Part shown: positions 18,632 through 28,900 of the stretch, one piece after another
How the letters are laid out: each line of letters opens with the position of its first letter
Numbering within the stretch: the first letter of the stretch is position 1
The notes under the pieces: model-generated
The model's input: only the letters and a program-made list of their open reading frames with translations
What the model was told of the DNA's origin: nothing
Database searches by the model: none
Position numbers and translations under genes: made by a program
Origin: an uncultured delta proteobacterium
Lineage (GTDB): Bacteria > Bdellovibrionota > FAC87 > UBA2466
Assembly (NCBI GenBank): GCA_963778115.1
Contig: CAVZSV010000004.1
Coordinates: forward strand, 128,001 to 192,000
Reading direction: 5' to 3'
Length of the DNA: 64,000 nt

Positions 18632-19917
18632 AATTCACTCGACTCCCTCTTTTGTGTCTCTTATTGACGGTGGGAGGCCTAGTAGGCGCCATCGAAGTTC
18701 CCATTCTCACCGTCAATGACAGCATCAATCCCGGAACCGGCGATTACTTGACTACTGGCATTCAAAACGCCGAAAAAGCTAAAGCCCCTTTTGTCGTCAT
18801 ACAGATGGATACCCCTGGGGGATTACTCAGCACTACACGGCAAATCGTCCAGCAGATGCTAAATGCCAAGATCCCGGTAGTAGTTTTTGTGGGGCCGCGA
18901 GGCGCCAGGGCCGGTTCCGCCGGAGCTTTGATCACTTTTGCCTCTGATGTAGCCATCATGGCGCCAGGAACCAATATTGGAGCGGCCCATCCAGTTTCGG
19001 CAACCGGAGGAAATGCAGGAAGTGATTCGACCATGGAGAAAAAGATCGCAAACGATACGGCGGCTTTTGCAGAAAGCCTGGCCCGTGCCCGAGGGCGCAA
19101 TACCGAATGGGCCATTAAAGCAGTGAAGGATAGTGCCTCGATCAGTGTGGAAAATGCCCTCAAGCAGGGTGTTATCGATTTTCAAGCGGAAGATCTTAGC
19201 GATGCCCTAAAAAAGATTTCGGGCTTTACCCTTAAAGCCCCCAAACAAGCAATAACATCCATTGCACCTGGCGACTATGTTGCCAAAGTCTCTCCTCCTT
19301 CGGTTAAACAAAAGCTCGTCTCTTTTTTTTCGGATCCTAGTTTAGCCTACCTCATCATGACACTGGGCGGGCTTTGCATCTGGATTGAGCTAAGCCATCC
19401 AGGGCTTATCTTCCCCGGAGTCTTAGGAGCCATTTGCGTCATCTTGTCGTTAGTCTCTTTTCAAATGATGCCCATTAACTACGGTGCTCTGGTGCTAATC
19501 TTTCTGGGAATGGCGATGCTTATCGCAGAACTCTTCTTGCCGACGTTTGGAATCGTAGGGATCGGAGGGCTCGTTTGTTTCGTCTTGGGTTCTTTATTTC
19601 TAATGGATACCAATGTTCCCGAATTTCAACTTTCATTGGGTCTTATTTTGCCTACGGCTGCGGTTTTAGCAACGGCTGCTTTCGCCATTGGAGCTCTAGT
19701 TCTTAAGACTCGTCGGACAAAACCCCACTCAGGGATGGAAGCCCTTCTGGGGGTTACCGCGACAGTTCGCGAAACCGTGACTCCCAAAAGCGGAAAGGTT
19801 TTTGTGCACGGCGAGATTTGGAATGCTATCTCGACGGAAGAGGCACCTATAGAAATCAATGAATCCGTCACTGTCATTGAAGTCAGAGAGATGGTCTTGG
19901 TCGTGCGTCGTTCATGA
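18628..19917 (+). CDS. nfeD: NfeD family membrane-bound serine protease
   Basis: [26 protein letters not shown] bundle; C-terminal OB fold with GEIWNA. Confidence 0.93.
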   Translation: MKFTRLPLLCLLLTVGGLVGAIEVPILTVNDSINPGTGDYLTTGIQNAEKAKAPFVVIQMDTPGGLLSTTRQIVQQMLNAKIPVVVFVGPRGARAGSAGALITFASDVAIMAPGTNIGAAHPVSATGGNAGSDSTMEKKIANDTAAFAESLARARGRNTEWAIKAVKDSASISVENALKQGVIDFQAEDLSDALKKISGFTLKAPKQAITSIAPGDYVAKVSPPSVKQKLVSFFSDPSLAYLIMTLGGLCIWIELSHPGLIFPGVLGAICVILSLVSFQMMPINYGALVLIFLGMAMLIAELFLPTFGIVGIGGLVCFVLGSLFLMDTNVPEFQLSLGLILPTAAVLATAAFAIGALVLKTRRTKPHSGMEALLGVTATVRETVTPKSGKVFVHGEIWNAISTEEAPIEINESVTVIEVREMVLVVRRS

Positions 19918-19936
19918 TATCAATGGAGGTACCCTT

Positions 19937-20749
19937 ATGTTAACCGGTCCTATTATCGCCCTAATCGTCGTTATCTTTATATTGTTCTCATCATTAAAAG
20001 TATTACAAGAATACGAACGCGGAGTGGTCTTCCGATTAGGCCGAATCATCGGCGCCAAAGGGCCCGGAGTGGTGGTCATCATTCCTGGGGTCGATAGGCT
20101 TATCCGTATTAGTTTACGTATCATGACGACTGACGTTCCCCCTCAAGACGTTGTCACGAAAGATAACGTCTCGATCCAGGTCAATGCCGTTATCCTGTTT
20201 CGCGTCGTCGATCCTAATAAAGCCGTCAACAACGTGGAAAGTTATCTCGAGAGTACCTATCAATATGCTCAAACGACACTTAGGTCCGTCTTGGGGTCGG
20301 TCGAGCTGGATGAAGTCCTCAGTGAAAGAGAAGCGCTCAATAAAAGAATCCAAAGTATTTTAGATCTGCATACCGAGCCGTGGGGAGTCAAAGTCTCGGC
20401 TGTCGAGATCAAACAGGTGGATCTGCCCAAAGAGATGCAGCGAGCGATGGCCCAGCAAGCAGAAGCAGAAAGACAAAGGCGAGCCAAAATCATTATGGCC
20501 GAAGGAGAAGCGCAAGCCGCCGAAAAGCTGGTCGATGCCGCGAAACGTTTGCAAGAATATCCCGCAGCCATTCAGCTTAGGTATTTGCAGACCCTCGGCG
20601 AAATTGCCGCCGAAAATAATTCGACAACGATCTTTCCGGTTCCCTTAGAGATGTTGGGTGCGTTACTCGGAAAGTTTAATGGCCCCGAAATAAAGTTTCA
20701 GCCCTCTCAGAAAGAGGCTCCCAAGCCAAACTTAGGCGATCGGTCATAG
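19937..20749 (+). CDS. SPFH/stomatin (slipin) family protein
   Basis: GGAGG RBS before ATG 19937; [34 protein letters not shown]. Confidence 0.95.
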   Translation: MLTGPIIALIVVIFILFSSLKVLQEYERGVVFRLGRIIGAKGPGVVVIIPGVDRLIRISLRIMTTDVPPQDVVTKDNVSIQVNAVILFRVVDPNKAVNNVESYLESTYQYAQTTLRSVLGSVELDEVLSEREALNKRIQSILDLHTEPWGVKVSAVEIKQVDLPKEMQRAMAQQAEAERQRRAKIIMAEGEAQAAEKLVDAAKRLQEYPAAIQLRYLQTLGEIAAENNSTTIFPVPLEMLGALLGKFNGPEIKFQPSQKEAPKPNLGDRS

Positions 20750-21516
20750 ATAGTCTCGGCTTTGGGAAGTTCCTTTTCCAAGGCCTCTTTGCGGGCGCGA
20801 CTTGCGGGATGGTCAGACAAAAACACAGGCGGAGATCCGCCTTCGTGGCTAAACTTATCCCAGAAGCGGACGGCCTCTTTAGGATCGTAACCCGCGCGCG
20901 CCATGTAGATGAGACCCATCTCGTCGGCTTCGGCTTCGTTTGATCGACTAAAAGGCAAAGAGATCCCTATCTTCGTTCCCACCCCCAAAGCCGCTAGAAG
21001 AATCTGCTTCGTTTGATTGTTGTCATCGCCGCCCATGGCCGCGTCGAGGGCGGCAAGTCCAAGCTGGGTTCCTAACGCCAGCGTAATTCGCTGACCCGCG
21101 TGCCTTGCGATCGCATGCGCGACTTCATGTCCCAAAACGGTCGCAAGTCCAGCCTCATTTCCAGCCACGGGTAGGATTCCCGTATAAACGGCAACCTTTC
21201 CTCCAGGAAGACAGAAAGCATTTTTTTCTGGTGAGTCTAAAAGGACAAACTCCCACTGGTACTCTGGTTTGTTGGCGGCTTGCGCGATCCGTTTTCCCAC
21301 CCGTTGAAGGATTTCATTCCAACGAACGTTTTGAGACATTTTGTTCTTTGAAAGAACCTCTTTGTAGGCCTCGACTCCAAGATGGGTCTCTTGCGCTTCA
21401 CTCGTCACAATGAAAGCCTTCCGCCCGGTTTCAGGCGTAGTAACACACGCGATGATAACGATCGTAAGGAAGAAGAAAGCAAAGATATTTGGTCTTAAGC
21501 GTAAATGTGGCTTCAT
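20707..21516 (-). CDS. M48 family metallopeptidase (YfgC/HtpX-like), lipoprotein
   Basis: Lipobox [32 protein letters not shown]; 43-nt convergent overlap with the slipin gene. Confidence 0.92.
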   Translation of the reverse strand: MKPHLRLRPNIFAFFFLTIVIIACVTTPETGRKAFIVTSEAQETHLGVEAYKEVLSKNKMSQNVRWNEILQRVGKRIAQAANKPEYQWEFVLLDSPEKNAFCLPGGKVAVYTGILPVAGNEAGLATVLGHEVAHAIARHAGQRITLALGTQLGLAALDAAMGGDDNNQTKQILLAALGVGTKIGISLPFSRSNEAEADEMGLIYMARAGYDPKEAVRFWDKFSHEGGSPPVFLSDHPASRARKEALEKELPKAETIYDRSPKFGLGASF

Positions 21517-21552
21517 GGGCGATACCATAGCCAATGACGCATCGGGTTACAA

Positions 21553-22743
21553 CTATTTGCAAATGGGAAGGCCACTTCCCGAAAAGACCTCTTTGATAAT
21601 CCACTTCGCCTTATCAAGAGCTATATTCTTGTGCTTCAAACAGTACCGCTCGGGATACCAATGAAATACTGCCACGGAATCGGCGAGATCCTCACTAGGA
21701 TCGTTGCGCTGAACACTTTGCTCGTAAGATTTCCCAAGCACAAATCCGTTCCTCAAAGCCGAGGCTCGAGTAGGTTTGTAGATCTTGTCGGGGAGAACCG
21801 AAAAAGAGGAGCCTTCAGAGAGGCGAGTCAGTTCGTCGGCGGGATGGTTGCCCTTGTCCTTCACCGTAGTCTGCCACTTGCCCCCTACCTGCTTCCATCC
21901 CGAAAACTTGAAAAAGGGAACTCGCCAATCCTTTCCCCGAAAAAGTAACGTCGATAAAACTGCGGTATGAGTCAACTCATGAGTAAAAACGATGTGGCTA
22001 AGTAAGTTGGGACGATCGAGCACTTCTCGTGACACGGCCAAGACTCCAAATTCAGCAACAAAGGCCCCTACTCCGCTGTCCGTCACAAATACCAGACGTT
22101 CAATAATCCTAGGGTCCCAAAACGGACAAGCTCCTGCTTGGGGGCACAAAGAATCTTTTTCCTGTTTTACCCACATGAAAGTCGCCTCACTCGGCGCTAT
22201 CACCACAATTCCATCTACGACTCCGGCTACCGCTTGGTACACGCGAGATAGCAATTCCATGGGGGAAAGCTTTTTCATCTCAGGCAGAATGCGGCTTCGC
22301 AGGGAATCCACTTCGCTCTTGGGCGTTACTAGTCCTCGAAAAAGAAGATCTAAATTGGGCTGACTGACCTCATTTATCCCCAACTTCGCCAAATAGGCCT
22401 GTTTCAGAAGTTGAGGAACTTGGGGCCATTTTCCACTGGAACAACGAGGAAGCCATTCCTGTTCCAATCTCAACGAAAGTCTCACTAATAGGTCTGTAGA
22501 CCACGTAGCGAGATCTTGAGACAAAACCAAAATACTTCCTGTCTTTTGAAAAGAGGCAAAGGCCGGCAAAGTTAATAGGGACTTCGCCTCCTCTATGTTC
22601 TCAAGGCGCTTTTGGCAGTCGTTAGCGTCAAATGCTCTTGCCAAACAGACAGAGGCCTGTCCGCCCCATAAGAACAGAAAAACAAGAAGACTTAGTTTAA
22701 ATCGAAGATTAGGCGGCCGTCTTATAACGGCGCTCAATGCCAT
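21553..22743 (-). CDS. Putative exported zinc metallopeptidase (HExxH); start uncertain
   Basis: Hydrophobic N-terminal segment; HELTH; downstream SY..DPSEDLADS as candidate third ligand. Confidence 0.6.
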   Translation of the reverse strand: MALSAVIRRPPNLRFKLSLLVFLFLWGGQASVCLARAFDANDCQKRLENIEEAKSLLTLPAFASFQKTGSILVLSQDLATWSTDLLVRLSLRLEQEWLPRCSSGKWPQVPQLLKQAYLAKLGINEVSQPNLDLLFRGLVTPKSEVDSLRSRILPEMKKLSPMELLSRVYQAVAGVVDGIVVIAPSEATFMWVKQEKDSLCPQAGACPFWDPRIIERLVFVTDSGVGAFVAEFGVLAVSREVLDRPNLLSHIVFTHELTHTAVLSTLLFRGKDWRVPFFKFSGWKQVGGKWQTTVKDKGNHPADELTRLSEGSSFSVLPDKIYKPTRASALRNGFVLGKSYEQSVQRNDPSEDLADSVAVFHWYPERYCLKHKNIALDKAKWIIKEVFSGSGLPICK

Positions 22744-23383
22744 CCAAGAAGTCGTACAGCGCATTCAACGTCTCCTCAGCAACGGCAATCGCTCGCGCTT
22801 CTGACTCAGGGTCTTGGCACATTTTAGCGAGCCAGGAAATTTCGGTTTCTGCGTGAAAGACGTCGTAGCTTTGATGAGCCTTGAAGAACGCAATAGTCGA
22901 CTCATCGCTAATATTATAGAAACAGCGAAGGCCATCCATCTTTTGGCGCGCCACATCCGGCTGCTGTCGCTCATAAGCATAGAGGGCTGCAAGGCCGTCG
23001 ATAGGATTGGAAGATTCGGTATGCTTTTTAAAGGTTCGGACCAAGTGCTCGGTTTCGTCAGAGTGAAAATGGCTTTTAATCTCTTCGCGGGAGACCCCTA
23101 GGCCTTCAGCGAAACGAAGCCAAAGTTCCGGATGATTTTGCTCTCCACGCTCTTCGTCAATGAGGTTATCCAAGAGATGTTGGCGCATCTCTAAATTTTC
23201 ACAACGAGAATGTAAGGAACTGAGGAAGCGGGGAAACTGACTTTCAAACTGATAATACTCTTTAGAGTAGCCTTGAAGCTCGTCGCGACTCAATTGGCCT
23301 GACTGCCACCGCGTGTAAAAGGAATGCGCCAGCATATGACGCTTTTGGATCTTCTCTTCAAGTCTTGCTCTAAGGGTTTGCAT
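22709..23383 (-). CDS. CADD-like heme-oxygenase-fold dimetal oxidase (TenA/PqqC superfamily), putative pABA synthase
   Basis: HMLAHSFY..W..G, NLIDEERG..NHPELW, LYAYE, QKMDGL, FFKAH..D..H; GGAGG RBS. Confidence 0.85.
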   Translation of the reverse strand: MQTLRARLEEKIQKRHMLAHSFYTRWQSGQLSRDELQGYSKEYYQFESQFPRFLSSLHSRCENLEMRQHLLDNLIDEERGEQNHPELWLRFAEGLGVSREEIKSHFHSDETEHLVRTFKKHTESSNPIDGLAALYAYERQQPDVARQKMDGLRCFYNISDESTIAFFKAHQSYDVFHAETEISWLAKMCQDPESEARAIAVAEETLNALYDFLDGIERRYKTAA

Positions 23384-23464
23384 GCCTCCACCTTTCTCGG
23401 GAATCTAAGCAATCGACTATAGACTCACAAAAAGTGGAAGGTCAACCAAGTTGGGATTGGGGGA

Positions 23465-23737
23465 CTAGCGGCGATGGTGCCGACGGTGACCACGGTGCCC
23501 GCGGTGGTGACGGCCATGGTATTCGGAACGAGTCAGTGACCAGGAAGAATGGTGGCGTCCAAAACGAGAGCCCAACACCGGGATACTGCGAAGCATGGAA
23601 GTGATACCGGGAACCAGTCCGTGCCGAAACGCCCCCCTGCGATAAAAATGGTAGCCGCCGTACAAAATGCCAATAACGATCGCTAAGGGAACTAAATTTC
23701 GAAACATCTGTTTGACCTTCCAAACAATGCTATCCAT
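23465..23737 (-). CDS. Small membrane-anchored protein with His/Arg-rich C-terminus
   Basis: GAGGAGAGG RBS before ATG 23737; one TM helix; tail HGRHHRGHRGHRRHHRR. Confidence 0.7.
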   Translation of the reverse strand: MDSIVWKVKQMFRNLVPLAIVIGILYGGYHFYRRGAFRHGLVPGITSMLRSIPVLGSRFGRHHSSWSLTRSEYHGRHHRGHRGHRRHHRR

Positions 23738-23782
23738 ACACCTCTCCTCGGCCTGACACCGATGGTCAGCCAATGGGGTATT

Positions 23783-23799
23783 CGCAACTTGCATACCAA
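23783..23799 (-). promoter_or_regulatory. Putative sigma54 promoter
   Basis: Minus strand reads TTGGTATGCAAGTTGCG (GG-N10-GC), about 45 nt upstream of ATG 23737. Confidence 0.55.
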
Positions 23800-24004
23800 C
23801 AGTCCACTTTTTGCTAACCTCTTGAATCTGAACCGAAAGCTTGACTACGGGGGGTAATGTCGAAGCCTTAGCAGAATGGCTAATTGTTAGACACCGGTGA
23901 CAACGTAAGGACCAAAGAGCCCACGGCAAAGCCCGTCGTCATAGGATGGACTTTGGGCTAAAAGTGCAATAATTTACACATCTAGACTAAAGAAAGAGGC
24001 CCTT

Positions 24005-25816
24005 GTGATTCAAAACTACTTCACTGACTTCCCGGAACGCTCTGACCAGCTAATGAAGCATTCCGACATCAAAGACCTCCCCCTTCCCTTAGAGGAGGCG
24101 TTCGGAGAAAAAGGATTTTACAAGGACACCCAAGAGGCTTTGGACTTTTACACTTCAGCTCTGGCGGAAGTGGGCCGTCTCTGTGCAAAAGAGATTCGCC
24201 CGTCGGCAGAAGAGATCGATAGAATCGGCGCCAAGTATAAAGACGGCACAGTCACCCTACCCGATAAACTTCTGGAGAATTTACGAAAGTGCGCCGAGCT
24301 TGGAGTTTTCTCGGGCCCTCTTTCCCGAAAGCACGAAGGGCTTAATACTCCCCGAAGCGTTCAATATTTGATGCTCGAGATGTTTGGACAGGCCTGTCCC
24401 AATACGGGACTGACGATCGCGGCTTACTCCATGGCGGGGTTTATTGAAAAGTTTGGAACCGACGAACAGCGCAAGACCTATATCCCCAAGATGGTCAATA
24501 ATGAATGGCAGGCGTCCATGGCGCTCACCGAGCCCAACGCCGGGTCAGATTTAGGAAAACTTCGCTCTCACGCTCGTAAAGAAGGGGACCATTGGATCGT
24601 TAATGGAACTAAACAATTTATCACAAGCGGTCAGGGAACTATCACCTTTGCTCTAGTACGAACCGACCCTTCGAGCTCGGGATTGAGTGGTCTTTCGGTT
24701 CTTATTGTCCCTCACGAAATTGACGGCAAAGAGAACTATAAAGTGGCAAAAATTGAAGACAAGGTCTGTTTGCATTCTTCGCCGACCTGCGAACTTCTCT
24801 TTGAAAACTCCATTGGCTATTTGCTTGGACCCGAAGGACAGGGGTTTAAAGTCATGGCCGATCTGATGAACGAAGCCAGGCTTGCCATGGCGGCTCTAGC
24901 GACCGGAATCGCAACGGGTTCGCTGCAAGAAGCCAAAGAGTATGCCCAAACGCGCGTCACCATGGGCAAACCCATCATCGAACATCCGATGGTCGCCGAC
25001 ATGCTTTATGAAGCCGAGATAGAGACCCGTGCCATGCGATCGCTCGTTATGGAGGCTGCAACGTCTTATGATTGGATGCGACTTGCGGAGGCAAGGGGCG
25101 ATGAAAAAGAAATGAAACGCTGGAAGAAGCGTTACCGAAGATTGACTCCTCTTTGCAAGTACTACTGCTCGGAAAAGGCCATCACGATTTCAAGAAATGC
25201 TGTGCAGCTTTTTGGCGGCTACGGAGTCTGTCGCGACTATCCCGTGGAACGGTTGCTGCGCGAGACCATCATCTATCCCATTTACGAAGGAACTTCGCAG
25301 ATCCAATCACTGATGGTTTTAAAGGACACCCTAAAGGATGTCGCCCAGCAGGCTACCGGATTTCTGGGTTCTTTGGCCGGAGCATGGGCGGAATCTTTGG
25401 TCACCCGAGACCCGGTAAAGAAAGCGGTCCTTCAGGCCCGCAACGAGCTCAATCAAGGAATCCGAACGATTCTGATGGGGATTATCAAAGATAAATTCAA
25501 ATCCGATATCGAGGCCCTGAAACAAGAAAAGATTAGAGAGTTTCTCAAAGAGTTTTCGCTCAAACTTTTGAGCGAAAAGACGGACTTAAGCTTTCCCTTC
25601 TTATGGGCGGAACGCTTCACCCGCATCACGTGCGACTACTATGCACTCAAATCCATGGCCGATCACTACACGGTCGGAGACACGGAACGAGAGAAATGGA
25701 TTTTGGAATTCGCAGCCCTGGCAATTCCCAGAATGAGACTTGAGAACGAGTACATGGTGAACCGTCTGCCTTCGACGATGGAGTACTTAAAGCAGTTTGA
25801 AGGAAAAAAAACCTAA
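24005..25816 (+). CDS. Acyl-CoA dehydrogenase family protein
   Basis: LTEPNAGSDL, VNGTKQFIT, MNEARL, QLFGGYG, IYEGTSQIQ. Confidence 0.95.
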   Translation: MIQNYFTDFPERSDQLMKHSDIKDLPLPLEEAFGEKGFYKDTQEALDFYTSALAEVGRLCAKEIRPSAEEIDRIGAKYKDGTVTLPDKLLENLRKCAELGVFSGPLSRKHEGLNTPRSVQYLMLEMFGQACPNTGLTIAAYSMAGFIEKFGTDEQRKTYIPKMVNNEWQASMALTEPNAGSDLGKLRSHARKEGDHWIVNGTKQFITSGQGTITFALVRTDPSSSGLSGLSVLIVPHEIDGKENYKVAKIEDKVCLHSSPTCELLFENSIGYLLGPEGQGFKVMADLMNEARLAMAALATGIATGSLQEAKEYAQTRVTMGKPIIEHPMVADMLYEAEIETRAMRSLVMEAATSYDWMRLAEARGDEKEMKRWKKRYRRLTPLCKYYCSEKAITISRNAVQLFGGYGVCRDYPVERLLRETIIYPIYEGTSQIQSLMVLKDTLKDVAQQATGFLGSLAGAWAESLVTRDPVKKAVLQARNELNQGIRTILMGIIKDKFKSDIEALKQEKIREFLKEFSLKLLSEKTDLSFPFLWAERFTRITCDYYALKSMADHYTVGDTEREKWILEFAALAIPRMRLENEYMVNRLPSTMEYLKQFEGKKT

Positions 25817-25962
25817 AGACCTTTCGGCGAACTGTTCGCGCTGTCAAAATACGGCAACGAAATTAATCGAAAAGGCTTTTTATCGGCAGTTCCGAAGTAT
25901 CCGGGAGTCAAACGACCTTTACTAAAAATGGCTCGGTAATTGCTCTGTGCCCTACGGGGGGA

Positions 25963-26727
25963 GTGTTTGAGAACGGGTCTAAAGTTTCGTACGGCCAGTG
26001 CCTTAGCGATAGTGACCCGCGCGGGAAAGCTGCAGGGGCGCATATTAGAATAGGCACTACCGACTACTTTCTTTGCGGCGGCGAACTCTATCCTGAAGAA
26101 CAGATGGTGGGACTCTATAGAGATGAAGGGGACCTCCAGTTTCACTTTGCCGTGATTCCTCCAGGGATGGGGATGGTATATTTTTTAAGTAACGAGAAAG
26201 ATTCCTCGCTAGCCGTACCTCAAAATCCTGAAGCTACCGCCCTCCCCCTAAATAGTTTGGCTTGCCTTCCCAAACCCCTTACTGGGTTCGTATATAACGA
26301 TCCAGACAGGGGAAAAATAACTATGCAGAAAGTCGGCGCGGGACACACTCCTCCCAAGACACCGCTTCGCCACATTCAAGACTTTCTTGAATCAATCTCA
26401 CAATTGCACATGAAGCTCCAGACTCAGGGAATTTCGATGGAAGTGCGTTTTACCCATACCAATCCGGACTCCTACTCGCTAGACCCCTCTTCAGAGCAAA
26501 TAGATCTATTGCGCAAACTAGAGCAAGAGCCGTCAGCGCTGGAGTTTTATCTTAAAGCGAATCATTTGAAGCGAGTGGTTATCTCAACCGAAGAATCGCC
26601 GCTGCCGATGAAAAGCGAGACCACCCTCTATCTGGGTAGCAAGATCAAGATAAGCCCGACATCTTTGCTAAAGGCACTGCGGAACAACCTCTTGGTTTGT
26701 TCGCCAACGGCCGATTTCCCAAAGTAG
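25963..26727 (+). CDS. Hypothetical protein, possibly a 5'-truncated remnant
   Basis: 254-aa ORF; frame stays open back to 25867 with no ATG/GTG/TTG start; no family motif. Confidence 0.45.
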   Translation: MFENGSKVSYGQCLSDSDPRGKAAGAHIRIGTTDYFLCGGELYPEEQMVGLYRDEGDLQFHFAVIPPGMGMVYFLSNEKDSSLAVPQNPEATALPLNSLACLPKPLTGFVYNDPDRGKITMQKVGAGHTPPKTPLRHIQDFLESISQLHMKLQTQGISMEVRFTHTNPDSYSLDPSSEQIDLLRKLEQEPSALEFYLKANHLKRVVISTEESPLPMKSETTLYLGSKIKISPTSLLKALRNNLLVCSPTADFPK

Positions 26728-26736
26728 ATTTACCCA

Positions 26737-27888
26737 TTAGGTTTTGGGCTTCACCACTCGAAATACTCGCCCGTCGTAGGAAACGGCGACCAGTTCTCCG
26801 CTAGCCTCCTGACCAAACGAGGTAATGGGATACCCTGAGTCCATCAACTCCTCATTACTAACCGCATGCCTTTGAGTCTCGTCTAGATGGAGCGCCCAGA
26901 TTTTTCCGCTTCCGTAGTCGGCGTAAATATAGGCCCCTTGAAGTTCTGGAAACCGTTTTCCGCGATAAACGTATCCCCCAATGATGCAATTCGTACTTCC
27001 GTCATGACGGTATTCCCAAATAGGAAGTGTTAATCCCGAAGCGTCACAGGCATCGCCTTTTGGTTTGAAGCAGTGCTTTGCCTCCATGATGTTCCAGCCG
27101 TAGTTTTTTCCGCTTTCGACTCTATCAATCTCTTCCCAAATATTTTGCCCGACATCCCCCACAAAAAGCGCATCGGTTTTCTTATCGAAACTAAAGCGCC
27201 ACGGGTTTCTTAAACCATAAGCAAAAATTTCAGGAAGCCCTCCCCCTTTAGCAAAGGGATTATCTTTGGGAATCGAATACGGAGTCTGACGAACCTGATC
27301 AACGTGATCGATATCGATGCGTAATATCTTGGCGAGTAGCACGTTTTTATTTTGTCCGTTGCTGTGAGGATCACCCGCACTTCCCCCGTCGCCCATTCCG
27401 ATATAGAGGAGCCCTTTGCGATCAAAAGCAAGTTGCCCGCCTTTGTGGTTGCTGTAGGGCATCTGCTGAATGCGAAGAATCTCTTTCTCAACCCCTTTTG
27501 AAGAAAATTCGCTTATCACGGTCCAAATGTCGGAGGGGGGATTTCCCGTCTTCTTATCGGCGCGAATATCGTAGTCGACAAAATAACGGCCGTTCTTGGC
27601 ATAATTAGGATGAAAAGCGATGGAGAGAAGTCCCATCTCTCCGCCGGTTGCCACTTTTGATTGGATATCCAAAAAAGGCTTTTCTAATAATTTGCCATTC
27701 CGAAATTGGTGGATCAAACCCGGCTGCTGAACGATGTAGAGAGTCTCGTTGTCGCCTGGGGCGAATGCCGCATGCGTCGGATCGCTGAGGCCGTCCGTTA
27801 TGATAGTCTCAAGTGCAATCTTCGCTGCCCCGTGAGCCGTTAAATTGAAGAGAAACGCTATCCCTAGAATAGATAATTTGTGAGCCAT
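26737..27888 (-). CDS. PQQ-dependent sugar dehydrogenase (glucose/sorbosone dehydrogenase family), secreted
   Basis: Signal peptide; GLLSIAFHP, NHKGGQLAF, GDGG, YGLRNPWRFSFD, GDVGQN, NYGW. Confidence 0.92.
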   Translation of the reverse strand: MAHKLSILGIAFLFNLTAHGAAKIALETIITDGLSDPTHAAFAPGDNETLYIVQQPGLIHQFRNGKLLEKPFLDIQSKVATGGEMGLLSIAFHPNYAKNGRYFVDYDIRADKKTGNPPSDIWTVISEFSSKGVEKEILRIQQMPYSNHKGGQLAFDRKGLLYIGMGDGGSAGDPHSNGQNKNVLLAKILRIDIDHVDQVRQTPYSIPKDNPFAKGGGLPEIFAYGLRNPWRFSFDKKTDALFVGDVGQNIWEEIDRVESGKNYGWNIMEAKHCFKPKGDACDASGLTLPIWEYRHDGSTNCIIGGYVYRGKRFPELQGAYIYADYGSGKIWALHLDETQRHAVSNEELMDSGYPITSFGQEASGELVAVSYDGRVFRVVKPKT

Positions 27889-27945
27889 TCAAAGAGACTA
27901 CCAGCAGGAACTCCTTAGGGAAAGCTCCCTACAGAAAGGTACGGC

Positions 27946-28791
27946 CTACCTTCCTGTGGGTGGGGGCGTGGTTGGGGGATTTTCGGGGGGAATAATGGGC
28001 TCTTGGACTGGCGCGCCAGGAACGGGATCTGCCGGAGGAATTTTCCAGATATCGAGCGTTCCATTACGTAAGGCTTCCATCTGGTCTTGAATATCGGAAA
28101 TTCTTTGATTGGCGGCATCGACCATCTGTTGGATAGCTCCCAGAATGGCAACATGCGCTTCTCGAAACGGCTCCAGAGAATAATTATTCTTTTGCAGAAA
28201 ATGCATCAGCATTCCTACATTCCCACCCGGAAAAGGAATCGGTGTTACTCCTTTGTTATTGGGAACAAAATTGTCCGCTGAAAATGAAGGAACACTAACC
28301 GTCATCGAGTCCTTCACGACGCCTGTGGGAACCGCTCTTATCAAGAGGAAATTGAAAGCCTGAAAGACAAACTGGCTCGTTGTTCCGGTATTAATCACAT
28401 TGAAGGTGGTAGCAGTGTCCGAAATCTGCTGAATCAACGCCCGCATCTTATACTCGTCTTGTCTCAACCTCTTTAACTCAAGTTCCAGACGATCCACTAA
28501 GAGTTGCAGCTCCCGAGCGCGCTGCCACTCAAAGGCGGCTTGAGCGTTCACAAGATTTGCTTTCGCCCAGTTCAACTGGGCTATCGAAATATCTACTATA
28601 AATTCGCCTTGCGCTCGCAGCAGATCGGCGTAGGCTCGCATTCCATCGCCTAAACCACCCGTCGGAGAAGAGCCTGACCCTGAACCGGATCCTGAACCAG
28701 TTCCCGACCCTGAACCTTCCGCTCTCGATATAGCACTCCACCCAATGGTGAGGATCACGAAAAGCGCGAATAGGGAGCGGGTCGTGCTCAT
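27946..28791 (-). CDS. Secreted hypothetical protein with Gly-Ser repeat, coiled coil and Pro-rich tail
   Basis: Signal peptide; GSGSGTGSGSGSGSGSS; helical core; PPENPPTTPPP tail. Confidence 0.7.
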   Translation of the reverse strand: MSTTRSLFALFVILTIGWSAISRAEGSGSGTGSGSGSGSGSSPTGGLGDGMRAYADLLRAQGEFIVDISIAQLNWAKANLVNAQAAFEWQRARELQLLVDRLELELKRLRQDEYKMRALIQQISDTATTFNVINTGTTSQFVFQAFNFLLIRAVPTGVVKDSMTVSVPSFSADNFVPNNKGVTPIPFPGGNVGMLMHFLQKNNYSLEPFREAHVAILGAIQQMVDAANQRISDIQDQMEALRNGTLDIWKIPPADPVPGAPVQEPIIPPENPPTTPPPTGR

Positions 28792-28900
28792 GGGGGCGCC
28801 TCTGAGTTTCCATCATCTACCCAATAAAAAAAAAGGAAGAGTTCTAGAAAAAAGAAATTATTTTTTGTTAACGAACAACGGTTTGTTATAGTCTCGACCT

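Noticed and set aside
28670..28720. Short tandem repeat or CRISPR-like array
   Set aside because: It is the coding Gly-Ser low-complexity repeat; no spacers or cas genes
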